A DNA stretch of 64,000 bases, taken from NCBI GenBank assembly GCA_964347865.1, contig CAYGAC010000017.1, positions 4-64,003 on the forward strand. Reading direction: 5' to 3'. Position numbers and translations under genes: made by a program. The DNA comes from an uncultured Thermoplasmatales archaeon. GTDB taxonomy: Archaea > Thermoplasmatota > E2 > DHVEG-1. The notes beneath the pieces were generated by a model. The model did no database searches. It was not told the DNA's origin and worked only from the letters and a program-made list of their open reading frames with translations. How positions within the stretch are numbered: the stretch's first letter is position 1; the number at the start of each line of letters is the position of its first letter. Positions 1-9,834 of this stretch are shown here, piece by piece.

Positions 1-100
1 GTTGTTGGATATAATAGTATCGAATCTGATAAAAAACTATCTCCATTATTTAATATTAGAACAAGTAGAGCAGTAGATAAGGACAGTAAGGATTTGAGTT

Positions 101-517
101 GTGAGTATGTTGGGAAAGGAGAAGATACTAATAATCTATTTACCAGAAATAAATGACGATTCAGAGTCAATAGACGCTTTATTTAATGCAATAAGACGGA
201 TGGATGATAAGTCTCTTCGGAGTTTAGCGTCTTTAATAATCTATCAAATTCATCAACCTGATGATAATCAAGAATTAAATTATGAAGAAATATTTCTGTC
301 TTTAAAGCAATTAAGACACACTCCAGATGGCGTCATACAACAGATTAAACAAAGAAAAAGCTCAATAATGATGTCTAATATATGTACTCTTTATTGTGCA
401 ACGATATTTGAATGTTTACCTTTTGTAATTTTAGTGATGTTGCTTTGTTTAGCTATTATAGTGTACCCTATAATGAAAATCCTTTCTCTATTAACAATCT
501 ATTTTTGTAATCAATAA
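101..517 (+). CDS. hypothetical protein with hydrophobic C-terminus
   Basis: ORF track only; no recognisable motif; AT-rich window edge. Confidence 0.2.
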   Translation: MSMLGKEKILIIYLPEINDDSESIDALFNAIRRMDDKSLRSLASLIIYQIHQPDDNQELNYEEIFLSLKQLRHTPDGVIQQIKQRKSSIMMSNICTLYCATIFECLPFVILVMLLCLAIIVYPIMKILSLLTIYFCNQ

Positions 518-861
518 CTAATAGATTCTTCTGGCTAAAAACATTTATATTAGATTTATTATAGGAAAAATGGGAAAAAATGAAAGGCAGAGTAATAATT
601 GATTTTGAAAGAGATGAAGAAAGAGAAAAATGTAATTATGATTTAAAACAAGAAGGTGAACACACCCTTAACAATGAAGATCTTATCTCTTTGTTCGAGC
701 ATATTATTAGAGAACTTATTGATTAAACAAGCTGGATCTACATCTAAAATACTGTAGAAGGAAGGAAACCTATAGGGGATTTTATAATATGAAGAGCTAC
801 AGAAGATCCTTCCTTCTTTCCTCCACTTGTTTACCAGTAGATGGATTATTTTAATGCTACT

Positions 862-2076
862 TTATTGTCTCAGTATATATCTAAGTATTGGGAACACTTT
901 TGGAAATTGTTCAAACAACCATTCTAATAAATTAAAGTTAAAATTGTATGGTTTGGGTACTTGTAATTTAAATGTTGCATTAACACTTTCATTACCGTAG
1001 TTATCTTTTGTGTAAACTGTGATGGTATACTCTCCTTTATCCGTCCAATTATGACTTGCTTTTACTTCTTTACCTGATGCACTATATTCATCAGTCCACA
1101 TTTCGTTTCCATCGCCCCAATCTATATGGTACAGAAGAACGTCACCATCAGGATCTGTTGAATTAAATGTGAAATTAACTACTTTCTCCTTTCTTACTTT
1201 TCTTGGACCTTTTATTTTAGGTGCATCTGGAGGATTATCATTTCTAAATGGTAGTCCTGATGCATTCCATGCAGTTATTCCTCCTAGCATGTTGTAAAGT
1301 GTACCTGTAAAATTATCGTAATAAAGGTAATAGGCTGCTATGAGACTTCGATAACCACCTTTACAGTACATGATGAGTTCCTCGCCGTAATGATCTTCCA
1401 TAAAGATTGGTCTAATAGTATCATTCTTAATGTCATCAAGGATAAACCATAGAGGATTTTCTGGATATGGAGTATCTATAAATCCAGCATTCCATTCATC
1501 TTTCCTTCTTACGTCTATTGGTTTTTGCCTACCATTTAATATGTCGTTACACAGGTACCATGTTTCATTTGCTGTAATATTATAAATATGCCCGTTTGTA
1601 GTAGGAAGTCCTGCTGCGTGCCATGCCATTATTCCACCAATCATATTGTAAATTTTTCCTGTGAAATTATTAGCAATAAGGAGTTTGGTTGCTATAAAAC
1701 TCCTATAGGCGCCTTTACAGTAAAGAACAACATTACAACCGTCATATTGTTCTAGGAATTTCGGTAAAATAGTTGCATTCTTATGTAGATCTTTGACCCA
1801 CCTTGGATGTTCGGGAAATGGAGTATCTATACGGTCGGTTCTCCATTCATCAATTCTTCTAACATCTATTGGTACTTCAATAGTGGTTGCATCAGTTAAA
1901 AGATCCCATGTCTCATTAACTGTTATATTAGTATACCCATTAGCTACATTTTGTGGTTTACTGTTGGCAATATCAAATTCTTTTATATTTTCAGTCGTTA
2001 GAGCGTTTATTGACATTCCTGAAGTCACCAGCATTATTACTATTACAAATAGCGAAATGATCATTCTTATTTTCAT
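862..2076 (-). CDS. secreted tandem-rhodanese protein with C-terminal PKD domain
   Basis: N-terminal signal peptide (MKIRMIISLFVIVIMLVTSGMSINA). Two rhodanese active-site loops (YCKGAYRS and YCKGGYRS). C-terminal PKD-like segment (DPDGDVLLYHIDWGDG...YTITVYTKDNYGNES). Many N-x-S/T sequons. Confidence 0.6.
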   Translation of the reverse strand: MKIRMIISLFVIVIMLVTSGMSINALTTENIKEFDIANSKPQNVANGYTNITVNETWDLLTDATTIEVPIDVRRIDEWRTDRIDTPFPEHPRWVKDLHKNATILPKFLEQYDGCNVVLYCKGAYRSFIATKLLIANNFTGKIYNMIGGIMAWHAAGLPTTNGHIYNITANETWYLCNDILNGRQKPIDVRRKDEWNAGFIDTPYPENPLWFILDDIKNDTIRPIFMEDHYGEELIMYCKGGYRSLIAAYYLYYDNFTGTLYNMLGGITAWNASGLPFRNDNPPDAPKIKGPRKVRKEKVVNFTFNSTDPDGDVLLYHIDWGDGNEMWTDEYSASGKEVKASHNWTDKGEYTITVYTKDNYGNESVNATFKLQVPKPYNFNFNLLEWLFEQFPKVFPILRYILRQ

Positions 2077-2238
2077 TTTTTCCCCCTTTACTATATAAAC
2101 TATATATTTATTTAATCATATATAAATTTAACGATTGTTAACAAACATATGTTAATTATAACATCTATCACAATAATTTCCAGTAAAAATTAAGTTAATA
2201 GGAAATAATAATTAATAAAAGATTAATTAATAGGTCTC

Positions 2239-2910
2239 TTAAATTCTTTTAAAACCTCTATGAAAGAATTGCTTTAGGGATTTAATCATACGATCACGTC
2301 TATAACTTAGAGGCATTAATATTCCCTCACCCCATGTTTTTTTCTTATATATCTCAGAAAGAATGGTATTAATATCCATATCAGTTGTATCTACAGTTGT
2401 ATATGCGTATCCGACATATAAAAGATCATGTGAATCGCTACCTCCTGTACCACCAAGATTCAAATCTTTTGCTATTTTTGCTGTTTTTATATTAGTTTTA
2501 GGAAGACTGCAGCTGTTGTATACCTCAAGAGCGGGTATTTTTGTATGAATTTTTTTTAATTTTTCTTTCTTAATACCAGACATGTTTCTAAAAAGATGAG
2601 GTACTATTGCCAGCCCACCCAAATCTATTATTTTATCAATTGTTACTTCAATAGAAAGATTTCTAGCGATATCTTCTTTTACATTTAAAGCGATGATGTG
2701 TCCATCTTTAGTTGATATTTCTACACCGGGGATAACAATGAAATCTTTAGGTGCAACTTTTAAAGCTTTTAGACTACCTTCAACTGTATTATGATCAGTA
2801 ATAGCCATTCCGTGTAGCCCTTTTTTTTGTAGTAATTTAATTATATTTTTAGGAGATCCTTGTCCATCATCTGAATATTGTGAGTGGATATGTAAATCCA
2901 ATTTTAACAT
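2239..2910 (-). CDS. PHP-domain metal-dependent phosphoesterase
   Basis: N-terminal MLKLDLHIHSQYSDDG...HGMAITDHN and later GGSDSHD, the His/Asp motifs of the PHP family. Confidence 0.55.
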   Translation of the reverse strand: MLKLDLHIHSQYSDDGQGSPKNIIKLLQKKGLHGMAITDHNTVEGSLKALKVAPKDFIVIPGVEISTKDGHIIALNVKEDIARNLSIEVTIDKIIDLGGLAIVPHLFRNMSGIKKEKLKKIHTKIPALEVYNSCSLPKTNIKTAKIAKDLNLGGTGGSDSHDLLYVGYAYTTVDTTDMDINTILSEIYKKKTWGEGILMPLSYRRDRMIKSLKQFFHRGFKRI

Positions 2911-3001
2911 ACTGTAGAAATTGGTAGTAAGATTTTGTATTAGAAATTTTGGGTTTGTAAATCATAGAATTTTCAGATATTAATTTAAGAATAAAAGGTT
3001 A

Positions 3002-3505
3002 TTATGTTGAAAGGATTGCAATCCATGCAACAATATTTATTATTAAACCAATCAGACCTATACGGATACTGTTAGGTACACTTAATCTGAGTAAATAATT
3101 GGAAACACACACGTAAGATAGGAATATAAATATCAATGCAATAAATAATCCTCCAATCCATGTCCAAAATACCAATTCAGAAATTAAACCAATCAAACTG
3201 ATAATAATTACTGATAAAAATAATGTTGATTTGGAAAAATAAAATATGGATTTATTTTGGATTAAATTATAGTGATTCAACAAAAATATACCTCCGTATA
3301 TAATTAGAATATTAATAAAAAAATCTACAATGAACACTGACGTGATCCAGGCAAGATTGAGACCACTAACATCTCTTAAATTAGTAGAGACGGGTTCTAA
3401 ATCTGGATAAACTGGAATTGGATTTCCAGAGCATGTTGTGATAAAGAAAATTGAAAAAACAATTACTATTATAACTACAAAATTAAAACGTAAATATTTA
3501 AACAT
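3002..3505 (-). CDS. integral membrane protein (multi-TM), function unknown
   Basis: Four to five long hydrophobic stretches; no catalytic motif. Confidence 0.4.
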   Translation of the reverse strand: MFKYLRFNFVVIIVIVFSIFFITTCSGNPIPVYPDLEPVSTNLRDVSGLNLAWITSVFIVDFFINILIIYGGIFLLNHYNLIQNKSIFYFSKSTLFLSVIIISLIGLISELVFWTWIGGLFIALIFIFLSYVCVSNYLLRLSVPNSIRIGLIGLIINIVAWIAILST

Positions 3506-3842
3506 ATTTTTTACAATAAACGATTTTTATTATATAAAATTCAGGGTAATTTGAGAATAAAATGATTTATTTAATAAATAAAAAAGAAAGTGTTATATAA
3601 TCGAATCTGATTCACACGCTCGGGAGAGGCAAATTATGCTAAACAATAAGTACAGAAATATTAACAGTCATTATTTTGGTGAGTTAGAACTTGTAGATAA
3701 GGAATTGTTTTTTATCTCTGCAAATAGACGTGATAATTAGGTTTTACTGTTTTAAAATCCTATAAATTAATAAGTTATTTAAATAACACTTCAAAGATTT
3801 GTTATAATAATTATTGAAATATATTTTCATTATAAAGATAAA

Positions 3843-4409
3843 ATGATAAAAGAGAAGATGATTAATACACCAATTCAAACCTTTTTTGTTTCAAGGGAAT
3901 TGAGTAATTGTCCTTATATACCAGACATTATTAGGTTAGGTAAAAAATTTGTAAAATTGGGAATGAAAGATATTGAGAATTATTGTATCAGTATCACCTA
4001 TGGTAAACGTATTTTGGTAAATACCAAACACAGTAACATTGAAAAAATAAATCAACAAGACTTTATTGAAATCGTGGATTATGATCCTTTGAAAAATATA
4101 ATATTAGCAATGGGTAAAAAATATCCGTGTATCGATACTCCAATCCATTGGTTAATACATCATGCACGAGATGATGTAAATGTAATTATTCAATTTAGCG
4201 GAGAGGGAATAGTAAGAAAATTTTTAAGCAATTTTTCTGTAACTAAAGAATATCATCCACCCGGGACTCTTGAATTAGCAAAAGAAGTTTTAAAAACACT
4301 TCGATCAAGTAAAAAGATAATAATTAAAAACATTGGTGTTTTGTTCGTAGGGATTAGTATAAAGGAAGTTGAAGATATGATTGTTAAAGCATATGAGGAA
4401 TCTATATGA
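3843..4409 (+). CDS. class II aldolase/adducin-family protein (MtnB-like methylthioribulose-1-P dehydratase candidate)
   Basis: Pattern D..EIVDYD...PCIDTPIHWLIHHARDDVNVIIQFS...Y.PPGTLELAKEV matches the class II aldolase fold with metal-binding His cluster. Its stop overlaps the mtnA start (ATGA). Confidence 0.45.
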   Translation: MIKEKMINTPIQTFFVSRELSNCPYIPDIIRLGKKFVKLGMKDIENYCISITYGKRILVNTKHSNIEKINQQDFIEIVDYDPLKNIILAMGKKYPCIDTPIHWLIHHARDDVNVIIQFSGEGIVRKFLSNFSVTKEYHPPGTLELAKEVLKTLRSSKKIIIKNIGVLFVGISIKEVEDMIVKAYEESI

Positions 4410-5374
4410 AGATTGAAGGAAAAGAATATAGATCTCTTTGGCTGGAAGGAAACATTATTAAATTCATCGATCAAAGAAAATTACCCTATACATTCGAAAT
4501 TTTTTCTGCAAAAACTATTGATAATATCGCATATGCAATAAAAGAAATGGTAGTACGTGGAGCTCCGGCAATTGGAGCTGCAGCGGTATATGGTATTGCT
4601 CTGTCAGGGGAAAATATAAACAATTCTGTAAAAAAATTAAAAGCTACTCGTCCGACCGCTTATGATCTATTTTACGCTATCGAGTATATGATTAATAGAT
4701 TAAATGATGGAGAAAATAGATTTGACGCTGCTTCGAAGTATGTTGAAGATATTATCAATCGATGTAAAAAAATCGGAGAAAATGGTGAAAAATTAATTAA
4801 AGACAATATGAGAATTCTTACTCATTGTAATGCAGGTGCTCTGGCAACGGTGGATTATGGAACTGCCCTTTCACCTTTAAGAATTGCAAATACCAAAGGA
4901 AGAAAATTTTTTGTATATGTTGATGAGACAAGACCACGTCTCCAGGGTTTATTAACTGCTTGGGAACTTAAAAATGAAGGAATTAAACATGCAGTTATTA
5001 CTGATAATGCTGCAGGTTACTTCATGAATAATAAAGATATTGACATGGTTATAACGGGGGCTGACAGAATTGCAAAAAATGGAGATTTTGCAAATAAAAT
5101 TGGGACGTATGAAAAAGCGGTACTTGCTAAAGAAAATGGGATTCCATTTTATGTCGCTGCTCCTATAAGTACCTTTGATAATACCATTAAATCTGGAAAA
5201 GATATAGTTATTGAAGAACGGGATAATTGTGAAATATCTATGGTTAATGGAAAAACAATTATGCCAGCATGGGTTTCTGTTAAGAATCCTGCATTTGATG
5301 TTACACCTGCAGATTATGTAACTGGATATATAACAGAAGAGGGAATTTTGAAAGATAGTATTTCTTTAAAATAA
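4406..5374 (+). CDS. mtnA: methylthioribose-1-phosphate isomerase / eIF-2B alpha-beta-delta family (aIF-2BI)
   Basis: N-terminus LWLEGNIIKFIDQRKLPYTFEIFS...VRGAPAIGAAAVYGIAL and later THCNAGALATVDYGTAL are typical of the MtnA/e2B2 family. Confidence 0.75.
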   Translation: MKIEGKEYRSLWLEGNIIKFIDQRKLPYTFEIFSAKTIDNIAYAIKEMVVRGAPAIGAAAVYGIALSGENINNSVKKLKATRPTAYDLFYAIEYMINRLNDGENRFDAASKYVEDIINRCKKIGENGEKLIKDNMRILTHCNAGALATVDYGTALSPLRIANTKGRKFFVYVDETRPRLQGLLTAWELKNEGIKHAVITDNAAGYFMNNKDIDMVITGADRIAKNGDFANKIGTYEKAVLAKENGIPFYVAAPISTFDNTIKSGKDIVIEERDNCEISMVNGKTIMPAWVSVKNPAFDVTPADYVTGYITEEGILKDSISLK

Positions 5375-5623
5375 TAAAATCGTTTATAAGAGGAAAAAAC
5401 TCAAATTAATAGTTTTAGCCACCCTGATTTTATCTTTATAAATAAAGAAAGTTTTTTACGAATAAACAGAGGAATATTGATGATCACATGGAAATATATA
5501 ATAAAAGGCAATACGGGAACGATCATAACGAAAAATCATAGATACGCAGAAATAAAAAGTAGACAAGGGTACCGTGTTTTTTGTAAGCGTGAAAGAAATA
5601 TCTATAAATACTATCATTGATGG

Positions 5624-6022
5624 TTATTTTTTCCGATGAAAAACATAAAGTGTAGGAATCCTTTTTTTCTTACCTGTCCAATATCCACAGTTTGAACATC
5701 TGAATTCTATAGTAACCTCACCTCCCCAGATAGTAAGATTTTTTACGCGTTTAAGAGATGCGTTACAAACAGGACATCTAGTAAGAATTTTATGTGGATC
5801 TCCTTCTCTGCTATGAATCTCGATATTTACCAAACCACTTTTCAGAACAATATTACGTAATCTTCGTTCACTTACATGAAATTGTTTTTTCTTTGTTTTT
5901 AATTCTTTTTCGACTAACTTTTTTAACTTCCGTTGTGAGGATACGGTAAGATATTTTTCAAAAACTTTTTGAAGAGCTTTTGCTACTTTTTCATCAGATG
6001 GAATGTGATATAACATTGCCAA
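5624..6022 (-). CDS. basic zinc-ribbon protein, function unknown
   Basis: CPVCN...CSNCGYW four-cysteine ribbon; last gene of the minus-strand CBS operon. Confidence 0.4.
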   Translation of the reverse strand: MAMLYHIPSDEKVAKALQKVFEKYLTVSSQRKLKKLVEKELKTKKKQFHVSERRLRNIVLKSGLVNIEIHSREGDPHKILTRCPVCNASLKRVKNLTIWGGEVTIEFRCSNCGYWTGKKKRIPTLYVFHRKK

Positions 6023-6051
6023 GTAGAATTGTTTTGATGACTTATAACCTT

Positions 6052-6849
6052 TTATAATGATATTGTTTTTAGAAGATCTGTTCTAGTAACAATTCCAACC
6101 ACAACATCATCTTTCATTACAGGTAAAGCTCCAACATTATGTTTAAGCATAATCTTTGCTGCTTCAGAGGCTGTTACCGACTGTGAAGTCCAAATTACAG
6201 GGGTCTTCATTACGTCTCTAACTAATAATTCATCAAGTTGATGTTTCTGATGACCCACAGAAAAAGATCTCTTTAACGTAGCGAAAGCAAAGGCAATTTC
6301 AACATCAGAAATAATGCCAATAAGTTTTTTCTCACTTAAAACAGGTAGTCTTGCAACATTTTCATTTATCATAATTCTTCTTGCATGTACAACCCTATCA
6401 TCTGGTGAAACAGAGAAGATATTTTTTTGCATTATAGAACCTATGGATTTTTCACTGGTGACTAGATGTAATAGATCAGCTTTTGTAATTACTCCAACAA
6501 GCTTTTCCTTTTCAACCACCGGGAGCATAGTAGGACCAGGTTGGCCGACCATTTTTAAAATTTTTTTTACATCAGTATTTGGAGAGATTGTAATGAAATT
6601 CTTTTCAGTTACTGAAGACGCATGCAATCTAGATGTGGAGACGCTTCTTTTTCGTATTGATCCCAATTTATATGCTATTATATTGTCAGTTATTATGCCA
6701 AAAAGTTGTTTATTTTCGACAACAGGAACTTTTGTGATATCATGTTTTCTCATAAGATCAAGAATGTATTGTAAATCTTGATCTTTATCAACATAAATTA
6801 TCCCCTTTGTCATTACTTCTTTTACTTTCATTTCGTCGTCCCTCCTCAT
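6052..6849 (-). CDS. CBS-domain protein (four CBS motifs)
   Basis: Repeated segments (VMTKGIIYVDKD..., GIITDNII..., VGVITKADLL..., IGIISDVEI...) fit two CBS pairs. Confidence 0.7.
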   Translation of the reverse strand: MRRDDEMKVKEVMTKGIIYVDKDQDLQYILDLMRKHDITKVPVVENKQLFGIITDNIIAYKLGSIRKRSVSTSRLHASSVTEKNFITISPNTDVKKILKMVGQPGPTMLPVVEKEKLVGVITKADLLHLVTSEKSIGSIMQKNIFSVSPDDRVVHARRIMINENVARLPVLSEKKLIGIISDVEIAFAFATLKRSFSVGHQKHQLDELLVRDVMKTPVIWTSQSVTASEAAKIMLKHNVGALPVMKDDVVVGIVTRTDLLKTISL

Positions 6850-6856
6850 GAAAAAA

Positions 6857-7411
6857 TCATTGATATCCTAAATCATCTATGCAAATCTCACATAATAAAC
6901 GTCCATCAACATTTTTTAAGTTGGTAGAAAGAGAATTACAATCTTCACATTTGCCAGAATAGATTTGGCCTCTGAGATGAGATTCATCTTTTTTTGAGAT
7001 ATTATACCATTCTCTGGCTATCTCATTTAACAATGGAGAAATTCGAGAGAGATCTTTGTGGGTTATGATGCCAATTAATTCACCGTTTTCAACTACAGGT
7101 AATCGTCTAATATTACATTTACCCATTGTTTTCATGGCCTTCTCAACTGTAATATAGGGATCTGTCACAATAATTGGTGTACTCATGACCTCCTCAACAA
7201 GTACATCCTTAGCATTTTTTCCCACAGCTACAACCTTTTTTAGGATATCACTTTCAGTTAAGATACCTGTAGGTTGTTTTTTTTCAACTACAATTACATT
7301 TCCAATTTTTTTTTGTTTCATAATTTTTGCTGCTTCTAAGACTGTAATTCTAGGCGTTACAATAACAGGATTGCTTTTCATTGCTTCTTTGACGATGACT
7401 TCTTTATTCAT
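6857..7411 (-). CDS. CBS-pair protein with C-terminal zinc ribbon
   Basis: Two CBS motifs (GILTESDILKK; GIITHKDL) followed by CEDCNS...CEIC. Confidence 0.65.
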   Translation of the reverse strand: MNKEVIVKEAMKSNPVIVTPRITVLEAAKIMKQKKIGNVIVVEKKQPTGILTESDILKKVVAVGKNAKDVLVEEVMSTPIIVTDPYITVEKAMKTMGKCNIRRLPVVENGELIGIITHKDLSRISPLLNEIAREWYNISKKDESHLRGQIYSGKCEDCNSLSTNLKNVDGRLLCEICIDDLGYQ

Positions 7412-7622
7412 TTCTAATGAACCTCATTAAGAATCGAAGAACAAATAGCCCAAACATTAAAAGATTTCCAAGTATTTTACTTTTTTCATATGAACCTTGG
7501 TTTAGAGAAAAGATTTAAAAGTATATCAAAAGATAAAAGAAGAACTCTTGAAAATATAACTTTATACTATTCTTCAAATTACAAGAATTTTTAATTGTAA
7601 TAGAAAAAAGGTAGAAGATTGT

Positions 7623-8066
7623 ATGACAGTAACATTTGTAATCAAAGGAATTCCAAAGGTTAAAAAAAGACCTATGTTTTCAACTCAAGGTGGTAAGGTT
7701 AGAACGTATACTCCTAAAACAACAGCAACGTATGAGAATTTGGTAAAACTCAAAGCAGAAGAAAAATTTAAACGACCGTTAAATGGTTCTATTCGTTTGG
7801 CCATACGGTTCTATCTTCCGAGACCAAAACGGTTAATCTGGAAAAGAAGACCTATGCCTGAAATTTATTCTGATAAAAGACCTGATATTGACAATCTAGC
7901 AAAAGCGGTAATTGATGGTTTAAGCGGAATTGCTTTCAAGGATGATGGACAAATAGCAGATTTACATATAACAAAAAAATTTCATGCTGGAAATGATGAA
8001 CCAAAAACAATAGTAATGGTAAATAACGTTCAGGAAGGATTGAATCAAACTATAATCGAAAATTAA
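7623..8066 (+). CDS. rusA: RusA-family Holliday-junction resolvase (endodeoxyribonuclease RusA)
   Basis: Size (147 aa), lysine-rich N-terminus, and the catalytic Asp block RPDIDNLAKAVIDGLSGIAFKDDGQIADL characteristic of RusA. Confidence 0.65.
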   Translation: MTVTFVIKGIPKVKKRPMFSTQGGKVRTYTPKTTATYENLVKLKAEEKFKRPLNGSIRLAIRFYLPRPKRLIWKRRPMPEIYSDKRPDIDNLAKAVIDGLSGIAFKDDGQIADLHITKKFHAGNDEPKTIVMVNNVQEGLNQTIIEN

Positions 8067-8098
8067 TACCATCTCAAACAATACGAAATCTTTTTAGT

Positions 8099-8569
8099 AT
8101 GTTGAATATTACAACCCTAGGGATTACAATGAAAAAACTACTTATTGCCTATGATGGTTCCGAAGCTTCAACAAAAGCTATAGATATGGCACTTAAATGT
8201 GCCACCAAAGAAGATGAAGTAATACTTCTCACAGTTATTCCTGCGGCATTAGTAGAATCTGCTTTTACCAATATGTTATTACCTACAATTGATCTTAGTT
8301 CTGTGGTAAAATCAGGGAGTTTCAAAGAGAGAGCCATGGAAAATATGAGCAAGGTTGCAAAAGAGATGGAAGGAACAATAAGTAAAGTAGATATTGTTGT
8401 TGAATCAGGAGATGCTGCAGATGAAATACTTCTCACTTCTAAGAAATATGAGGTTGACATAATAATCATTGGTTACAAAGGATATGGAAAAGAGGGAAGA
8501 TTTCTACTTGGTAGTGTCACTGATAAAGTAGTTAGACACGCAAGTAGATCTGTTCTTGTGGTTAGATAA
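8099..8569 (+). CDS. universal stress protein (UspA family)
   Basis: KKLLIAYDGSEAS...VILLTV... and the C-terminal GSVTDKVVRHASRSVLVV (ATP-binding Usp motif). Confidence 0.7.
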   Translation: MLNITTLGITMKKLLIAYDGSEASTKAIDMALKCATKEDEVILLTVIPAALVESAFTNMLLPTIDLSSVVKSGSFKERAMENMSKVAKEMEGTISKVDIVVESGDAADEILLTSKKYEVDIIIIGYKGYGKEGRFLLGSVTDKVVRHASRSVLVVR

Positions 8570-8583
8570 AAAATTGTGATTAA

Positions 8584-9777
8584 ATGCATCCTGCAAATGA
8601 GATACGCGGGATTAAAAGTAAGAAGCTTTCTAATAAAAAAATTATTCTTGGTGTGACAGGTAGCATAGCTGCTGTCGAATCAATTAAATTATCACGGGAA
8701 TTAATCCGTCACGGTGCATATGTTTATCCTGTTATGACGAAATCAGCAACAAGAATAATTCATCCTTATTCATTAGAATTTGCTACATCGAATAAACCAA
8801 TAATAGAGTTAACAGGAAAGACTGAACATGTTTCTTTTTGTGGACTTACAAAAGATAAAGTAGATCTTTTATTGATATCCCCGTGTACTGCAAATACAAT
8901 ATCAAAAATTGCTCATGGAATTGATGATACACCTGTAACAACATTTGCGACAACAGCAATTGGATCAGAAATAAAAATAGTGATAGTCCCAGCTATGCAT
9001 CTTTCTATGTACAATCACAGGATTGTACAAGAAAACATCAATAAATGCAAAAGAATGGGAATTACTTTTGTCAATCCTTTTATTCAAGGTAATAAAGCTA
9101 AATTACCAGAAGTGGATGAGATAATTGAAAATACAATAAGAAAAATTGGAAAAAATGACTTAGAAAAGAAAAATATTCTTATTGTTGGTGGAGCTACCGC
9201 TGAACCTATCGATGATATCAGAATCATAACCAATAGAAGTTCTGGAAAAACCGCAATTTCTCTAGCAAAAAATGCATTTGAACGAGGAGCAAATGTTGAA
9301 TTATGGTATGGACATGCAAAAGAGACTGTCCCAGTATACATACCAGTAAAAAGATTTGAAACAGTTGGAGATTTATTAAAATTATTAAAGAATAATCAAA
9401 TTAATTTTGATACAATATTTGTCTGTGCTGCAATCGCAAATTACATTCCGAAAAAACATAAAGGAAAAATTACTTCAGGGAAAGAGGCCCTCAATATAGA
9501 ATTTACTCATGCACCAAATATTATTGAAAAATTCAGAACAACTTCACCAAAATCAAAAATTATTGCCTTTAAATTAGAGGAGAATAAAAAAAATTTAAGG
9601 GAAAAATCTTCTCAATTATTAAAGAGACATAAAATTGATTTTGTCATAGCTAACACTGTTTCTGCTTTTGGTAAAGATGAAAATGATATTTTGATCATTA
9701 ATAGGAATGATGAGTGTATAAATAAAAAAGGAAAAAAGGAAGATCTTGCTATTTTTATTTTAGACCTAATTAAATGA
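8584..9777 (+). CDS. coaBC: bifunctional phosphopantothenoylcysteine decarboxylase / phosphopantothenate-cysteine ligase
   Basis: N-terminal flavoprotein half (ILGVTGSIAAVESIKL...PAMH) and C-terminal CoaB half (ILIVGGATAEPIDDIRIITNRSSGK). Confidence 0.8.
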   Translation: MHPANEIRGIKSKKLSNKKIILGVTGSIAAVESIKLSRELIRHGAYVYPVMTKSATRIIHPYSLEFATSNKPIIELTGKTEHVSFCGLTKDKVDLLLISPCTANTISKIAHGIDDTPVTTFATTAIGSEIKIVIVPAMHLSMYNHRIVQENINKCKRMGITFVNPFIQGNKAKLPEVDEIIENTIRKIGKNDLEKKNILIVGGATAEPIDDIRIITNRSSGKTAISLAKNAFERGANVELWYGHAKETVPVYIPVKRFETVGDLLKLLKNNQINFDTIFVCAAIANYIPKKHKGKITSGKEALNIEFTHAPNIIEKFRTTSPKSKIIAFKLEENKKNLREKSSQLLKRHKIDFVIANTVSAFGKDENDILIINRNDECINKKGKKEDLAIFILDLIK

Positions 9778-9834
9778 ATTTTATATCTAACTAATAAAAA
9801 TTTAAGAAAGTTATATAATTAATATAACTTCAAT

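Noticed and set aside
1793-2098. Plus-strand 101-aa ORF
   Set aside because: Lies entirely within and antisense to the well-supported rhodanese-PKD gene; low-complexity translation.
2363-2548. 61-aa ORF
   Set aside because: Antisense inside the PHP-domain gene.
4253-4474. 73-aa minus ORF
   Set aside because: Overlaps the aldolase-like/mtnA junction on the opposite strand; no motif.
6314-6781. 155-aa plus ORF
   Set aside because: Antisense shadow ORF of the CBS gene.
7185-7430. 81-aa plus ORF
   Set aside because: Antisense inside the CBS-pair gene.
8149-9341. Minus ORFs 8149..8469 and 9084..9341
   Set aside because: Antisense within uspA and coaBC respectively.
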